Positions 9,401 through 19,720 of a stretch of 64,000 bases of DNA are shown in pieces. A model generated the notes under the pieces. That model made no database searches and was not told the DNA's origin. It saw only the letters and a program-made list of their open reading frames with translations. The DNA is taken from positions 4,778-68,777 of the IMG/VR virus record IMGVR_UViG_3300020401_000002; one strand, 5' to 3'. Positions within the stretch are counted from its first letter, which is position 1. Every line of letters starts with the position of its first letter. Source of the DNA: a virus. The translations under genes and the position numbers were made by a program.

Positions 9401-12400
9401 GATGTAGGAGCTGCAATAGGTGGTTTAACTGATAATACAGACTATAAAGTTATTAGAGTAAATGACTCTAGAGTAAGTTTAAGTTCATTAGCTAGTAGCA
9501 CAGCTCAAGCGACTACAAATAATGTAGGGTTTGCTAATAACAGCCCACAACCAGCAACAACGATAGATTGTGTTACACCATTTTCTCCTGCTGTTCCAAC
9601 AGAAGTAACAATTGATGCTATAGAATATAGAGGAGACTTTTCAGGTAGATATGAATATTTAGTATTAGTGTTTGGAGATGGAGATACTTATTACATAGGT
9701 AATATAAATGGTCAAGATACAGATCAGTTTAGGAAGGAAACTTCTTTTGTCTCTAAAAACATAACATCTCTTTTAGCAGGTGGTAATACTATAAGTGTTG
9801 ATTTATTCCCAACGTCACAAATTAATTTTGCTCACGGAAGTATGTCTAATTGGTATGAGATTAGATTTGTAATGAGTGGTGGTGTAGGATCAGTTGTATT
9901 ATCATCAACAGGTAGTGGAGAGCAGAAGTTTTCTTTTGATGCTCTTGCAGGTGCGTATGATGGTATATATGAAATATCAGGTCAACAGACTTCAGGATCA
10001 ACATTTACTATGACTTCTGATATTAAAATACCAAAAAGACCATATACTATTTTAAATCCTAATGTAGACACGACTGTAAATGAAATTACTTTCCCTACTG
10101 AACATAATTTCTTATTAGGCGAAAAAGTTAAATATGATCCGCATTTAGATACTTCATATCATTTTTCAACTGATATAGCAAGTCTTGATTATTATGTATA
10201 TGCGATACCTGTAACTGATACTAAAGTTGCATTCGCAACATCAGAGACTTTAGCAAAAGAAAATCAAAGAATACCTTTAGCTACAGTTGCTGCAACAGGA
10301 GATGATCACTTACTTAGATCAGAAAGTATTATAAAAGCAAGAACTGGACAAGGAACTGTTTCTTTAACACAAGACTCTAACGAGGTTGTAGGTAACGGTA
10401 CTGAGTTCTTGAAAGATTTTAAAAGGTTTGATAGGGTATATATATACAATGGAACATTTAATAAAGAGTTTACAGTATCTAGAGTTTTAACAGACAACAG
10501 ATTACTTTTATTCGAAAATGCAGGTGTTACTGTTACAAGTAATATTTATTTCCATCCTACAGAACTTATATTAAGACCAGATGGATATGGAATTCACTTG
10601 CCTTTTGATGGCGGTGTAAATATTACAGCAGGAACATCTCCTGATAGTAAAATTGTAAGACAAACTAGAAAATATTTTAGATATCAATCTGGTAAGGGTA
10701 TACAAAACTCTTTTGCCATAAACTTTAATCCTCCTAAAATTGTTAGGATTCTTATAAAAGCTGATGGTACTACTGCAGAAATTGAAACACAAGAAGCACA
10801 TAACTTAAATGTAGGTGACATTGTTGTAATAGAAAATGCAGAGGTAACTTTAGGTAACAATGAATTCAACGGAGAGTTTTCAGTAACAACTGTTGTAGAT
10901 GCTTTCAAATTTAGATATACGATGGCAAATGCACCATTGCAAGAAAAAGCTTCAGGATTCCCAACATATTACTTAAAGAACTGGAATGATTCTTTTGTAA
11001 GAGCTGGTATGTTTGACGATCAAAACGGTTTCTTTATGCAATATGATGGAAGAGACTTAGCGTGTGTTAGGAGATCATCTACATTACAACTCGCAGGAAC
11101 TGCAAACGTAACTAGAAACTCTCAGGTAGTTACAGGTCAACAGACTTCATTCACTACACAATTAACTACTGGAAGCCACGTTGTAATTAGAGGACAATCT
11201 TACAAGGTTGTGGAAATTAGATCTGATATAGCCTTTACAGTACAACCTCCATATAGAGGTGTAGATGCAACTCAAGTAAAAATTACTTTGACAAAAGATG
11301 CGGTTGTAAAACAAAACGAATGGAACTTGGATAGATGTGATGGAACAGGTCCTTCAGGATTTGATATAAATGTCAATAGAATCCAAATGGCATATGCTGA
11401 TTACTCATGGTATGGTGCTGGTAAAATTAGATTTGGTTTTAAAGACAGAAAAGGTCATGTTAAATATGTACATGAGTTTATACACAACAACATTTTAGAT
11501 GAATCATACTTTAGATCAGGTAACTTACCAGGTAGATATGAAATTGCGAATGGACCATCAGCTAATGCTGCTCCAACATTATTCCACTTTGGTACATCTG
11601 TAATTATGGATGGAACATTTGATGATGACAAAGCTTACTTGTTTACTGGAAATTCAAAACCATTTGCATTTACAAACGGAAACGGAGATAATATATCTAC
11701 TACTGGAGATAGTACATTTGAATTAATAACACTTAATGGTCAAAGAGTATTTGTTTACGCTTTCGATATGAACACAAGTTCAGTAGGTGACTTAAAGGTA
11801 GGAATGCTATTACAACATGCTAATTTACCAGAAGGTACTTATTTATCACAAATAAAAGATCTTGGTGGAGGAACAACAAAAATATACGCTTCTCATCCAT
11901 CTACTAGTACATTACCAAACATTGCTCAAAATCCAGTTATAACTGCTGGTTCAGGTATAGATATTGCAGAAGACACTAATAATGCAGTTGATTTATCTAG
12001 ACCGATACCGCTTATATCTGTAAGATTAGCACCATCAGTAGACTCTTCATTGACAGGTGATATAGGAGAAAGAGAGATAATGAATAGGATGCAACTTGGA
12101 TTGAGACAAGCAGGTGTTACATCAAACAAAGATTTGGAAGTATTTGTAGTCTTAAATCCACAACCATCTAATCTTGATTTTAGAAACGTAGATTCACCAT
12201 CTTTATCTCAGGTTATAGAGTTTAACTCTGGAGATACATATCAAGGTGGTACGGTTATATTAGCTACTAAAGTATCTGCAGGATCCACAACTATTGACTT
12301 AGGAGAGTTATTAGAATTAGGTAACTCTATATTAGGAGGAGATAGTGTGTTCCCTACAGGACCAGATATTTTGACGATAGCGGTTCAGCCACAGGATACA

Positions 12401-12469
12401 GCAGGTATTAATTTTACTAATCCTTTACAGGTTACAGGGAAAGTATCTTGGTCAGAATCTCAAGCCTAG
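6452..12469 (+). CDS. Large virion structural/appendage protein with cupredoxin-like insert
   Basis: 2005 aa, beta-rich; RVSNPENLIDTDFEYGLQSTKWE N-terminal motif, repeated HG/HN-x-x-x-GD beta modules, GHPF...YYFCGNHGNM segment. Confidence 0.7.
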   Translation: MAKKLLHSSKLQVDKANNLFVINDVIPLENILLITDVTANKVIYQFNSPTLGGTVVTDGQSSSTTLTVTHDMANDADIQETDSFQFFYDSAEVHIEPSETFVDPVSKFRVSNPENLIDTDFEYGLQSTKWETIQTVNNVPTLYASGGEVPIEGITSVSSLIGSRQIRVQVTTPHGLTVGDPLSVQGVSDYQSEGFFIVSGTPSALEFFYEIDVESSISGEISGSYTTIIPAKFFEGAQLNISNAEGVTTDEADQSVLTATTRAAHGFTSGTKLYIRNSIGPKELKITDPTATASDGRPFVDTVASFQIDNQVQDTNTTRGNATYNNTVAWDWEMTHTKYLSYTDIGSSNQITWAGHGLTDRACVLFNTPVAYGGINRDYNSNKSQYSYNYSFSYFSNAEPDETQNYSGTQVDTFKNLDNFGLYDGEVYYVKVIDDNTLELYEFGDESLSTVIPLTQPSSEFTLGLPRLGLIYEVARAGYNSNYGNSNDNWRWTRWNYEDAGLLTNSFNSGYTYSYDRYSYWAMSTYSPGWVDYNDEVTVTNIRLATSGLYYYYYYTRVGTPDNGQYTGNIGLYAWWYYGGREYYAWLNSVNNQPSHFYNGAGIRTRQYKNHYGWMYHKGDIQRMTSGQATQDWSGKDLVANEYGAGISEPNMIVAFQGATRGYRNGYYMSVGANDYYSDSLSAEGAYKNRIGVTRQMNEDVTLDSASNDGIFVIANNFGFSYGYERYGLNQQPVLFYGFANKLEQTRNTIYIAGHEIPDQQTVTVKIPDAEYNENLTLPNNNITGQTFIYADQYQITEQTQNFQATVIKISDNVIKLQTDDFPNNDDFIEFPDNYTISYNLENPFYNTLFIQDHKIIGIEEGTYTAEGNTEPNPGIWNVSFEPGNYIFSGLRISGTATDPDIVVYRGSTYNFVVNATGHPFYLTTTDASGYVSGTYAGEYLLGVTNSRTTSGTLSWTVDASAPNTMYYFCGNHGNMNGTIEVRDVGAAIGGLTDNTDYKVIRVNDSRVSLSSLASSTAQATTNNVGFANNSPQPATTIDCVTPFSPAVPTEVTIDAIEYRGDFSGRYEYLVLVFGDGDTYYIGNINGQDTDQFRKETSFVSKNITSLLAGGNTISVDLFPTSQINFAHGSMSNWYEIRFVMSGGVGSVVLSSTGSGEQKFSFDALAGAYDGIYEISGQQTSGSTFTMTSDIKIPKRPYTILNPNVDTTVNEITFPTEHNFLLGEKVKYDPHLDTSYHFSTDIASLDYYVYAIPVTDTKVAFATSETLAKENQRIPLATVAATGDDHLLRSESIIKARTGQGTVSLTQDSNEVVGNGTEFLKDFKRFDRVYIYNGTFNKEFTVSRVLTDNRLLLFENAGVTVTSNIYFHPTELILRPDGYGIHLPFDGGVNITAGTSPDSKIVRQTRKYFRYQSGKGIQNSFAINFNPPKIVRILIKADGTTAEIETQEAHNLNVGDIVVIENAEVTLGNNEFNGEFSVTTVVDAFKFRYTMANAPLQEKASGFPTYYLKNWNDSFVRAGMFDDQNGFFMQYDGRDLACVRRSSTLQLAGTANVTRNSQVVTGQQTSFTTQLTTGSHVVIRGQSYKVVEIRSDIAFTVQPPYRGVDATQVKITLTKDAVVKQNEWNLDRCDGTGPSGFDINVNRIQMAYADYSWYGAGKIRFGFKDRKGHVKYVHEFIHNNILDESYFRSGNLPGRYEIANGPSANAAPTLFHFGTSVIMDGTFDDDKAYLFTGNSKPFAFTNGNGDNISTTGDSTFELITLNGQRVFVYAFDMNTSSVGDLKVGMLLQHANLPEGTYLSQIKDLGGGTTKIYASHPSTSTLPNIAQNPVITAGSGIDIAEDTNNAVDLSRPIPLISVRLAPSVDSSLTGDIGEREIMNRMQLGLRQAGVTSNKDLEVFVVLNPQPSNLDFRNVDSPSLSQVIEFNSGDTYQGGTVILATKVSAGSTTIDLGELLELGNSILGGDSVFPTGPDILTIAVQPQDTAGINFTNPLQVTGKVSWSESQA

Positions 12470-12470
12470 T

Positions 12471-12698
12471 ATGAAGAATATAAGAAAGATTTCTATCGGA
12501 GCCAACTATAAGGATGCAATGCATTATGTAGTTGGCAATGATGCTTTAGGAGGCAAGTATAAAATATATGAAATCTCACAAAGCACAACAGCAGATACTA
12601 CTTATTCTGTTTGGATAATAAATAAAGACAAAGAAGTAGTAAAATGGAAAGAGTTTAAAAACATTCCAATAACAATTGAATTTAATATAGATATATGA
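12471..12698 (+). CDS. Hypothetical protein (IRKISIG.NYKDAMHY)
   Basis: 75 aa ORF coupled to the GroES-like gene. Confidence 0.6.
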   Translation: MKNIRKISIGANYKDAMHYVVGNDALGGKYKIYEISQSTTADTTYSVWIINKDKEVVKWKEFKNIPITIEFNIDI

Positions 12699-13234
12699 AA
12701 TCAAGATATCATGTCTTGGTCAAACCTTTAGGTAATGAGTATAATAACATAGAAGTTGTAGGAGATAAAGAGCTCCTGGTAAATACATCGATAGAAGATG
12801 TAGACTATGTTAATAGGTTAGGCGAAGTTTTATACTCGCCAGATAAAGATTTACAAAAAGGTGATATAGTTGTGATACATCATAATGTATTTAGACTTTA
12901 TTACGACATGAAGGGTGACAAGAGGAGAAGTAATGAATACTTTAGAGATAATATGTATTTAGTTCCTCCTGAAAAAATCTACATGTACAAAAGAAATAAT
13001 AAGTGGAATGCGTATAAAGAATATTGTTTTATCTCTCCTGTTGAATTTATACAAGATAGTACTCTACATAGAATTGACGAGAAAGAGGAAGAGCATGTGG
13101 GAGTTGTAAAATACTCAAATGCGTTTAAGCCAGGTGACAAAATAGGATTTTCTAAAAACAGTGAATATGAATTTACTATTGACAAAGAAAAACTATACAG
13201 AATGAGAAATAGAGATATTTGTATTAAATTGTAG
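12695..13234 (+). CDS. GroES-like co-chaperonin-fold protein
   Basis: Two GroES-like beta modules (VLVKP...GEV...LQKGDIVV; GVVKY...KPGDKIGF...YRM); just upstream of the terminase genes. Confidence 0.55.
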   Translation: MKSRYHVLVKPLGNEYNNIEVVGDKELLVNTSIEDVDYVNRLGEVLYSPDKDLQKGDIVVIHHNVFRLYYDMKGDKRRSNEYFRDNMYLVPPEKIYMYKRNNKWNAYKEYCFISPVEFIQDSTLHRIDEKEEEHVGVVKYSNAFKPGDKIGFSKNSEYEFTIDKEKLYRMRNRDICIKL

Positions 13235-13238
13235 GAAC

Positions 13239-13436
13239 ATGGCGAAAGACGAGATAAAGATCAAGTCAAATGGCTTGAGGAATGAATTAAAAGAGATACG
13301 GAAAAGTATTGACAAACTAACAAACGCTTTGATTGAAATACATCTGGCACAAACAAACAAACACCATGAAACGGATATTATTAATGATTGTTGTGATGAC
13401 GATGCTGAGTGTGAATGCAAAAGAATCATCCAGTAA
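13239..13436 (+). CDS. Small coiled-coil protein
   Basis: 65 aa; NGLRNELKEIRKSIDKLTNAL heptads and an acidic Cys-rich tail. Confidence 0.5.
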   Translation: MAKDEIKIKSNGLRNELKEIRKSIDKLTNALIEIHLAQTNKHHETDIINDCCDDDAECECKRIIQ

Positions 13437-13590
13437 CGCAAGTTTAAATGCATACAATGAAATCAAGAAAAAATTAGAATCTAAAGAAATAACAATTAAA
13501 GAAGCACAAATATTGTGGATAAAGCACAGGAATCAACTAAGACAAACGAAACTATACTCAGAGTTATCTCGGCAGGAGAACGTGCAGTAG
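13366..13590 (+). CDS. Putative small protein with signal peptide
   Basis: MKRILLMIVVMTMLSVNA reads as a Sec signal peptide; overlaps both neighbours. Confidence 0.4.
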   Translation: MKRILLMIVVMTMLSVNAKESSSNASLNAYNEIKKKLESKEITIKEAQILWIKHRNQLRQTKLYSELSRQENVQ

Positions 13591-13832
13591 AAGAGCTTAT
13601 AAAGGTAGCAGAAGAAGAAATTATTACTGACTCTCCAGATGATGATTTAGCTGCTGATAGATTAAAGAACGCTGCTGCTACAAAAAAACTTGCGATTTTT
13701 GATGCTTTCGAAATACTACAAAGAATAGAAAACGAAAGAGATAAACTTAATAATGAGGACGAGTCACAAGCAAATACAGGGAAAGATAAAGGATTCCAAA
13801 GCTTCGCAGAATCCAGAAGCAGAAAGTCTTGA
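13515..13832 (+). CDS. Putative terminase small subunit
   Basis: Helical 105 aa protein (ADRLKNAAATKKLAIFDAFEIL) immediately upstream of and overlapping the large terminase. Confidence 0.55.
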   Translation: MDKAQESTKTNETILRVISAGERAVEELIKVAEEEIITDSPDDDLAADRLKNAAATKKLAIFDAFEILQRIENERDKLNNEDESQANTGKDKGFQSFAESRSRKS

Positions 13833-16008
13833 CATCTGTAAATCAGTAGATTTAGTCATACCAAAAAAAACTAAATTTGCATACGGTTACAATCCTGAAC
13901 TAGATATTGTTGTCATTTCTAAAGATGGCAATATAGGTGAAGTTGTGGAGATCCAGGGTTTAAAAATAGGTTTACCAAAAAAACCTAAAAAAATATATAA
14001 AAGAAGTGGTAAAAAATCTGATCAGTATTGGGAGGAGTTTGATTACCCCAAAGAATTAAGAAAAATATCTACAGTATTTCAATGGAACGAATATCCAACA
14101 ACTTTCAAAAACAAATATGTAGATTATATAGAAGAAGAATTTAACAGAAGAGATAATGGTTTTTGGTTTAAGAACAGAGGCTTGGATACTTATATTACTG
14201 GTTCTCATTACATGTACTTGCAGTGGACTAAAATTGACGTTGGGAAGCCAGAATACCGTGAAGCCAATAGAATTTTCTTTATTTTCTGGGAAGCTTGTAA
14301 GGCAGACTCAAGATCTTATGGTATGTGCTATCTTAAAAACAGACGCTCAGGGTTTAGTTACATGTCTTCAGCAGAGACCGTGCATCAAGCCACAATTAGT
14401 TCTGACTCACGGTACGGATTGTTGTCCAAATCTGGAGCGGATGCAAAAAATATGTTCACAGATAAAATTGTCCCAATATCTAACAACTACCCCTTCTTCT
14501 TTAAACCCATCCAGGATGGAATGGACAAACCAAAATCGGAACTTGCTTACAGGGTTCCAGCATCAAAACTTACTAGAAAAAACATTGAGCAACACGACAG
14601 GGAATACCTTACAGGTCTCGATACCACTATTGACTGGAAAAACACAGGAGACAACTCATATGATGGTCAAAAGTTGCAACTACTAGTTCATGACGAATCA
14701 GGTAAGTGGGAAAAACCAGACAACATATTGAATAACTGGCGTGTAACAAAAACTTGTTTACGTCTAGGGAGAAGGATAGTTGGTAAATGCATGATGGGTT
14801 CTACCGTAAATGCTAGAGATAAAGGTGGTGAGAATTTTAAACAACTATATGATGATTCCAATGTAGCAGAACGTAATGCAAACGGTCAAACCAAAAGTGG
14901 CTTGTATAGTTTGTTTATACCTATGGAATGGAATATGGAAGGGTTTATGGATATACATGGACACCCTGTATTTAATACACCAGAAAAAGCTGTCAAAGAT
15001 ATTGGTGGAGATTATATATTTCAAGGCGTTTTAGACTATTGGTCGAATGAAGCTGATGCTTTAAAAAATGATCCAGATGCTCTAAATGAATTTTATAGAC
15101 AGTTTCCTAGAACAGAAAATCATGCTTTTAGAGATGAAGCACAAAATAGTCTATTTAATCTTACAAGGATATACGATCAAATAGATCACAATGACACCTT
15201 AGAAGGACAGAGGGTTGTGCAACGTGGAAGATTTTCATGGAAGAACGGAAAAAAAGATACAGAAGTAATATGGACACCAGACAATAGAGGACCTTTTTAT
15301 GTAACCTGGATACCGCCTAGAGATCTAAGAAATAACGTAAAAAAAGTAAACGGTTTGTTTTCTCCTGGCAATTCACATATAGGAGCGTTTGGTTGTGATT
15401 CATATGATATATCTGGTACTGTTGGCGGAGGTGGATCTAAAGGAGCTCTTCATGGTATAACTAAAGTTAACTTTGATGGTCCATCAAATGTTTTCTTTTT
15501 AGAATATATATCAAGACCACAAACAGCAGAGTTGTTTTTTGAAGATGTATTAATGGCATTACGTTTTTATGGTATGCCTATATTGGTAGAAAACAACAAA
15601 CCTAGATTATTATATTACTTAAAAAACAGAGGATACAGAAAGTTTTCTGTTTCAAGACCAGATAAAAATAAATATGATTTATCGAAAGCTGAAAGAGAGT
15701 TAGGAGGTATACCTTCTTCTCCTTCAGTCATTTCTATACATGCTGAGGCTATAGAGTCTTATATAAATGAGTGTGTAGGTTATCATGATGAGGGACCAGG
15801 ACAAATGTTTTTTACAAGGACATTATTAGACTGGGCAAACTATGATATACACAAGAGAACAAAGTTTGATGCAACAGTAAGTTCTGGACTGGCTATAATG
15901 GCTACACAGCGTTACGTTGTCAAACCACCAAAAAAGAGTAACGAAATAAACATTACCTTTGCAAGGTATAATAACTCAGGATTAACTAGTTCTATTTTAA
16001 AGAGCTAG
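13753..16008 (+). CDS. terL: Terminase large subunit
   Basis: Walker A-like KNRRSGFS, Walker B LLVHDESGK, coupling motif GST, RNase H-like nuclease motifs GCDSYD, VENN and KFDATVS; precedes portal. Exact start uncertain. Confidence 0.9.
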   Translation: MRTSHKQIQGKIKDSKASQNPEAESLDICKSVDLVIPKKTKFAYGYNPELDIVVISKDGNIGEVVEIQGLKIGLPKKPKKIYKRSGKKSDQYWEEFDYPKELRKISTVFQWNEYPTTFKNKYVDYIEEEFNRRDNGFWFKNRGLDTYITGSHYMYLQWTKIDVGKPEYREANRIFFIFWEACKADSRSYGMCYLKNRRSGFSYMSSAETVHQATISSDSRYGLLSKSGADAKNMFTDKIVPISNNYPFFFKPIQDGMDKPKSELAYRVPASKLTRKNIEQHDREYLTGLDTTIDWKNTGDNSYDGQKLQLLVHDESGKWEKPDNILNNWRVTKTCLRLGRRIVGKCMMGSTVNARDKGGENFKQLYDDSNVAERNANGQTKSGLYSLFIPMEWNMEGFMDIHGHPVFNTPEKAVKDIGGDYIFQGVLDYWSNEADALKNDPDALNEFYRQFPRTENHAFRDEAQNSLFNLTRIYDQIDHNDTLEGQRVVQRGRFSWKNGKKDTEVIWTPDNRGPFYVTWIPPRDLRNNVKKVNGLFSPGNSHIGAFGCDSYDISGTVGGGGSKGALHGITKVNFDGPSNVFFLEYISRPQTAELFFEDVLMALRFYGMPILVENNKPRLLYYLKNRGYRKFSVSRPDKNKYDLSKAERELGGIPSSPSVISIHAEAIESYINECVGYHDEGPGQMFFTRTLLDWANYDIHKRTKFDATVSSGLAIMATQRYVVKPPKKSNEINITFARYNNSGLTSSILKS
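15954..15961 (+). promoter_or_regulatory. TAnnTTTG box upstream of portal
   Basis: TACCTTTG inside the end of terL, 57 nt before the portal start. Confidence 0.45.
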
Positions 16009-16018
16009 AAGTATTGCT

Positions 16019-18442
16019 ATGATGAACGGAAACTACAAGAAAGGAGCCATAGGATTGCCAAATACCTTAGCTAGTGATGGTGAAAAAGCATCAGAAGAAT
16101 ATGGGCTAAGAGTAGGAAGAGCAATAGAAGAAGAATGGTTTAGAAAAGATACAGGATCATCAAGATTTATAAATAACCGAGACACTTACCATAGATTAAG
16201 ACAATACTCTTTAGGAGAACAATCTGTACAAAAATATAAAAACGAGTTAGCAATAAATGGCGACATATCTTACCTTAACCTGGATTGGACACCTGTCCCT
16301 ATTATACCAAAATTTGTAGATGTTGTAGTTAATGGAATGTCTGACAGATTATACGACATCAAAGTAGATGCTATTGATCCTGTTTCATCTAATAAAAAAG
16401 CAGTTTACAAAAATCGTGTGCAAACACAAATGAGGAACAGAGAAGACTTCCAGGAGATGGAAGAGATCTTAGGTTCAAAAATGTTTTCTGAAAACACCGA
16501 CAATTTACCTGAATCATCAGATGAGTTAGATCTGCATATGATTACAGAATATAAAGACGATATAGAAATAGCTAACGAAAAGTCTATAGAGTCTGTATTA
16601 AAAACAAACAACTACGAACACATTAAAAAAAGAGTTGATTATGATCAAGTAACTTTAGGAATATCAGCAGTCAAACATTCATTCAATAGAAATGAAGGCG
16701 TAAAAGTTGAATACGTTGATCCAGCTAATATGATTTGGAGTCCAACAGAAGATCCTAAGTTTGGAGATTGTTATTACTTTGGAGAGGTAAAAAACGTAAA
16801 CATAACAGAATTAAAAAAAATAGATCCATCTCTTACTCAATCAGAACTAGAAGAAATAGCTAAAATGTCATCAAAGGCTGACGTTTATCCAGGTGTTAGC
16901 GGAGGTTATAATACTGATAGTTTTGATAAAAATACCGCAACACTACTTTATTTCTGCTATAAGACTGATAAGAATATCGTATATAAAAAGAAAAAAAACT
17001 CATTCGGTACAGATAAAGTTTTACAGAAAGACGATTCTTTTAATCCGCCTAAAACAGAACAAGCAAGATTTGAAAAACTTTCTAAAAAAATTGACGTATG
17101 GTACGAAGGTGTACTTGTTCTAAACACAAATTATCTGCTGAAATGGGAGATGATGAAAAATATGGTAAGACCAAAGTCAGCAGTTCAAAAAGTATACGCA
17201 CCGTATATTGTAAGTGCTCCAAAAATGTACAGAGGAAGAGTTGACTCTTTGGTAAAAAGAATGATACCCTTTGCTGATCAAATTCAGCTTACACATTTAA
17301 AACTACAACAGGTTACATCTAAAATGATTCCTGATGGTGTGTACCTCGACATAGATGGTTTGTCTTCTATAAATCTAGGCAATGGAAATACATACAATCC
17401 ACAAGAAGCTCTGAACTTATTTTTCCAAACAGGATCTGTTATTGGAAGAAGCATGACTGAAGAAGGTGAGTTTAATCATGGTAAAATACCAGTACAAGAA
17501 CTTACGTCTAGTGGTGCTAATAGTAAAATATCTAGCTTAGTAAGTGTATATAATTACAATTTAGAAATGATTAGGTCTGTAACAGGTCTTAATGAAGCTA
17601 GAGATGGTAGTACTCCAGACTCTAAAAGTTTAGTTGGCGTACAAAAATTAGCTGCATTGAATTCTAACACAGCAACAAGACATGTATTACAATCAGGAGT
17701 ATTTACAACACAAAGATTAGCTGAATGTGTTTCATATAGAATATCTGATATATTAGAATATTCAGACTTTACAGAAGACTTTATAAAGTCTGTTGGTAAA
17801 TATAGCGTAGAGCTAATGCAAGAAATAAAAGATTTACACTTGCATGACTTCGGTATATTTATTGAATTACATCCAGATGAAGAAGAAAAACAAATATTAG
17901 AATCGAATATACAGGCATCACTTAGCCAAGGTAAAATCGATATTGATGATGCTATAGATGTAAGAAATGTAAAGAATGTTAAAATTGCATCACAATTACT
18001 AAAAGTAAGAAAGAAAAGGAAAGAGAAAAAAGATCAGCAGAGACAACAAGAAAATATGGCTGTCCAGGCTGAAGCACAAAATCAAGCATCAATGGCACTA
18101 GAAGCCAAGAAACAAGAAGGAGATGCTAGACGTTTACAATTAGAAGCACAGCTTCTACAAATGAAAAATGAATTTGAATTAGCTCGTATGGATAAAGAAG
18201 CTCAATATAAAATTATGCTTCTTGAAAAACAAGGCGAGGTCAATAATAGAAAACAAAGTATTGATCTAGCAACACAAATGACTAAAGAAAATTTTAGAGA
18301 AGACAGAAAAGATAAGCGGACTGAAAAACAAGCAAGTCAGCAATCTAAGATGATTCAGCAAAGACAACAGGACTTAGATCCTATTGATTTTGATGGACAA
18401 GATGCTCTAGGTTCAGGAAAACAGGGACTTATGGGCTCGTAA
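16019..18442 (+). CDS. Portal protein
   Basis: 807 aa after terL; LDWTPVPIIPKFVDVVVNG motif, TGLNEARDG, long C-terminal Gln/Glu/Lys coiled coil. Confidence 0.85.
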   Translation: MMNGNYKKGAIGLPNTLASDGEKASEEYGLRVGRAIEEEWFRKDTGSSRFINNRDTYHRLRQYSLGEQSVQKYKNELAINGDISYLNLDWTPVPIIPKFVDVVVNGMSDRLYDIKVDAIDPVSSNKKAVYKNRVQTQMRNREDFQEMEEILGSKMFSENTDNLPESSDELDLHMITEYKDDIEIANEKSIESVLKTNNYEHIKKRVDYDQVTLGISAVKHSFNRNEGVKVEYVDPANMIWSPTEDPKFGDCYYFGEVKNVNITELKKIDPSLTQSELEEIAKMSSKADVYPGVSGGYNTDSFDKNTATLLYFCYKTDKNIVYKKKKNSFGTDKVLQKDDSFNPPKTEQARFEKLSKKIDVWYEGVLVLNTNYLLKWEMMKNMVRPKSAVQKVYAPYIVSAPKMYRGRVDSLVKRMIPFADQIQLTHLKLQQVTSKMIPDGVYLDIDGLSSINLGNGNTYNPQEALNLFFQTGSVIGRSMTEEGEFNHGKIPVQELTSSGANSKISSLVSVYNYNLEMIRSVTGLNEARDGSTPDSKSLVGVQKLAALNSNTATRHVLQSGVFTTQRLAECVSYRISDILEYSDFTEDFIKSVGKYSVELMQEIKDLHLHDFGIFIELHPDEEEKQILESNIQASLSQGKIDIDDAIDVRNVKNVKIASQLLKVRKKRKEKKDQQRQQENMAVQAEAQNQASMALEAKKQEGDARRLQLEAQLLQMKNEFELARMDKEAQYKIMLLEKQGEVNNRKQSIDLATQMTKENFREDRKDKRTEKQASQQSKMIQQRQQDLDPIDFDGQDALGSGKQGLMGS

Positions 18443-18450
18443 AGGTTTTG

Positions 18451-18458
18451 TACCTTTG
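18451..18458 (+). promoter_or_regulatory. TAnnTTTG box upstream of scaffold/capsid
   Basis: TACCTTTG in the intergenic gap, followed by an A-rich leader. Confidence 0.65.
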
Positions 18459-18484
18459 TAACAAATTTAATTAAATAAAATAAA

Positions 18485-19720
18485 ATGGCAGAAGAAAACG
18501 ATTTAGGTTGGAAGTTCACGCCTCTTGACGAAAATGGAGAACCAGTTAAGAAGGAAGAAGAACCAGCAAAAGAGGAGACGACTACAGAAGTAGATGCTTC
18601 TCAAGAAAAAAAGGAGGAAACTCCAGAAGTAAAAGAGAAGGAAGAAGTAGAACCAGGGACATCTAGAACTGGAACTGTGAATCCTGAAGATGAGAATATT
18701 GCTCAAGTTGAATCACAAGAACCTGAAAAGGATAGTGAGCCAAATGTTGAAGTTTCGACAGAGGAAGTAAAAGAGCAACAAAAAGAAATAGACGAACAAC
18801 AAGTTCTTGCATATCTAAAAAATAGGCATCAAAAAGAATTTAGTTCGTTGGAAGATGTTCTTTCAAATATTGAAAAACCGCAGTCTCAGGAATTATCTGA
18901 AGACATCCAGACGTACTTAAAGTTTAGGGAAGAAACTGGAAGGTCTATGCAGGATTTTATTCTTGCACAAAGAGACGTTTCTGCTCTTGATGATTCTGCT
19001 GCTTTATTCGAGTTCTACAAAGAAACGAAGCCACATTTATCTGCTGATGATATTAATTATTTAATTACAGAGAATTTTGGTTACGATGAAGAAGTTGATG
19101 AAGAGCGAGATATCAAAAAGAAAAAGATTGCGTACAAAGATGAGGTATATAAAGCAAAACAACATCTTACGGATCTTGCTAACAAATACAAGGTTCCGCT
19201 TGAGTCAAGTGGTAAGCCTTTGGAGGCAGATGCAAAAGAAGCTGTTGAGTTTTATGCCAAATATAAGGAGGATGCTAGTAATCAAGAAAAGCAATCTAAG
19301 CAACTTCAGGAAGTATTCAGACAGAAAACAGACAAACTATTTTCTGACGAATTCAAAGGTTTTGAATTTAATGTTGGAAAAAAGAAATTAATGTTTAAGT
19401 TGTCTAGTCCTAATGAAGTGAAACAATCTCAGTCAGACATCAATAAGATGTTATCGAGATTTACTGATAAAGATTCTGGAGCTTTGAATGATGCATATCT
19501 ATTTCATAAATCTGCGTTTGCTATGACAAACCCAGACCTTATAGCTAAACTTGCTTACGAGCAAGGTATAGCCGATGCAACTAATAACATCGTTAAGGAG
19601 ACAAAAAATTTAGATATGACAGTCAGGACTAATAAAGTAGAAGGTGAATCAGGCACAAGGTTTAAAGTATTAGATAGCGAAGGCGATTTTTCTGGTGGAC
19701 TCAAAATTCGTAAAAAATAA
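18485..19720 (+). CDS. Putative capsid scaffolding protein
   Basis: Very acidic, low-complexity N-terminus; between portal and capsid. Confidence 0.65.
   Translation: MAEENDLGWKFTPLDENGEPVKKEEEPAKEETTTEVDASQEKKEETPEVKEKEEVEPGTSRTGTVNPEDENIAQVESQEPEKDSEPNVEVSTEEVKEQQKEIDEQQVLAYLKNRHQKEFSSLEDVLSNIEKPQSQELSEDIQTYLKFREETGRSMQDFILAQRDVSALDDSAALFEFYKETKPHLSADDINYLITENFGYDEEVDEERDIKKKKIAYKDEVYKAKQHLTDLANKYKVPLESSGKPLEADAKEAVEFYAKYKEDASNQEKQSKQLQEVFRQKTDKLFSDEFKGFEFNVGKKKLMFKLSSPNEVKQSQSDINKMLSRFTDKDSGALNDAYLFHKSAFAMTNPDLIAKLAYEQGIADATNNIVKETKNLDMTVRTNKVEGESGTRFKVLDSEGDFSGGLKIRKK

Noticed and set aside
14156-14686. 176 aa alternative-frame ORF inside terL
   Set aside because: Fully nested in a conserved ATPase region with no recognisable motifs; likely incidental.
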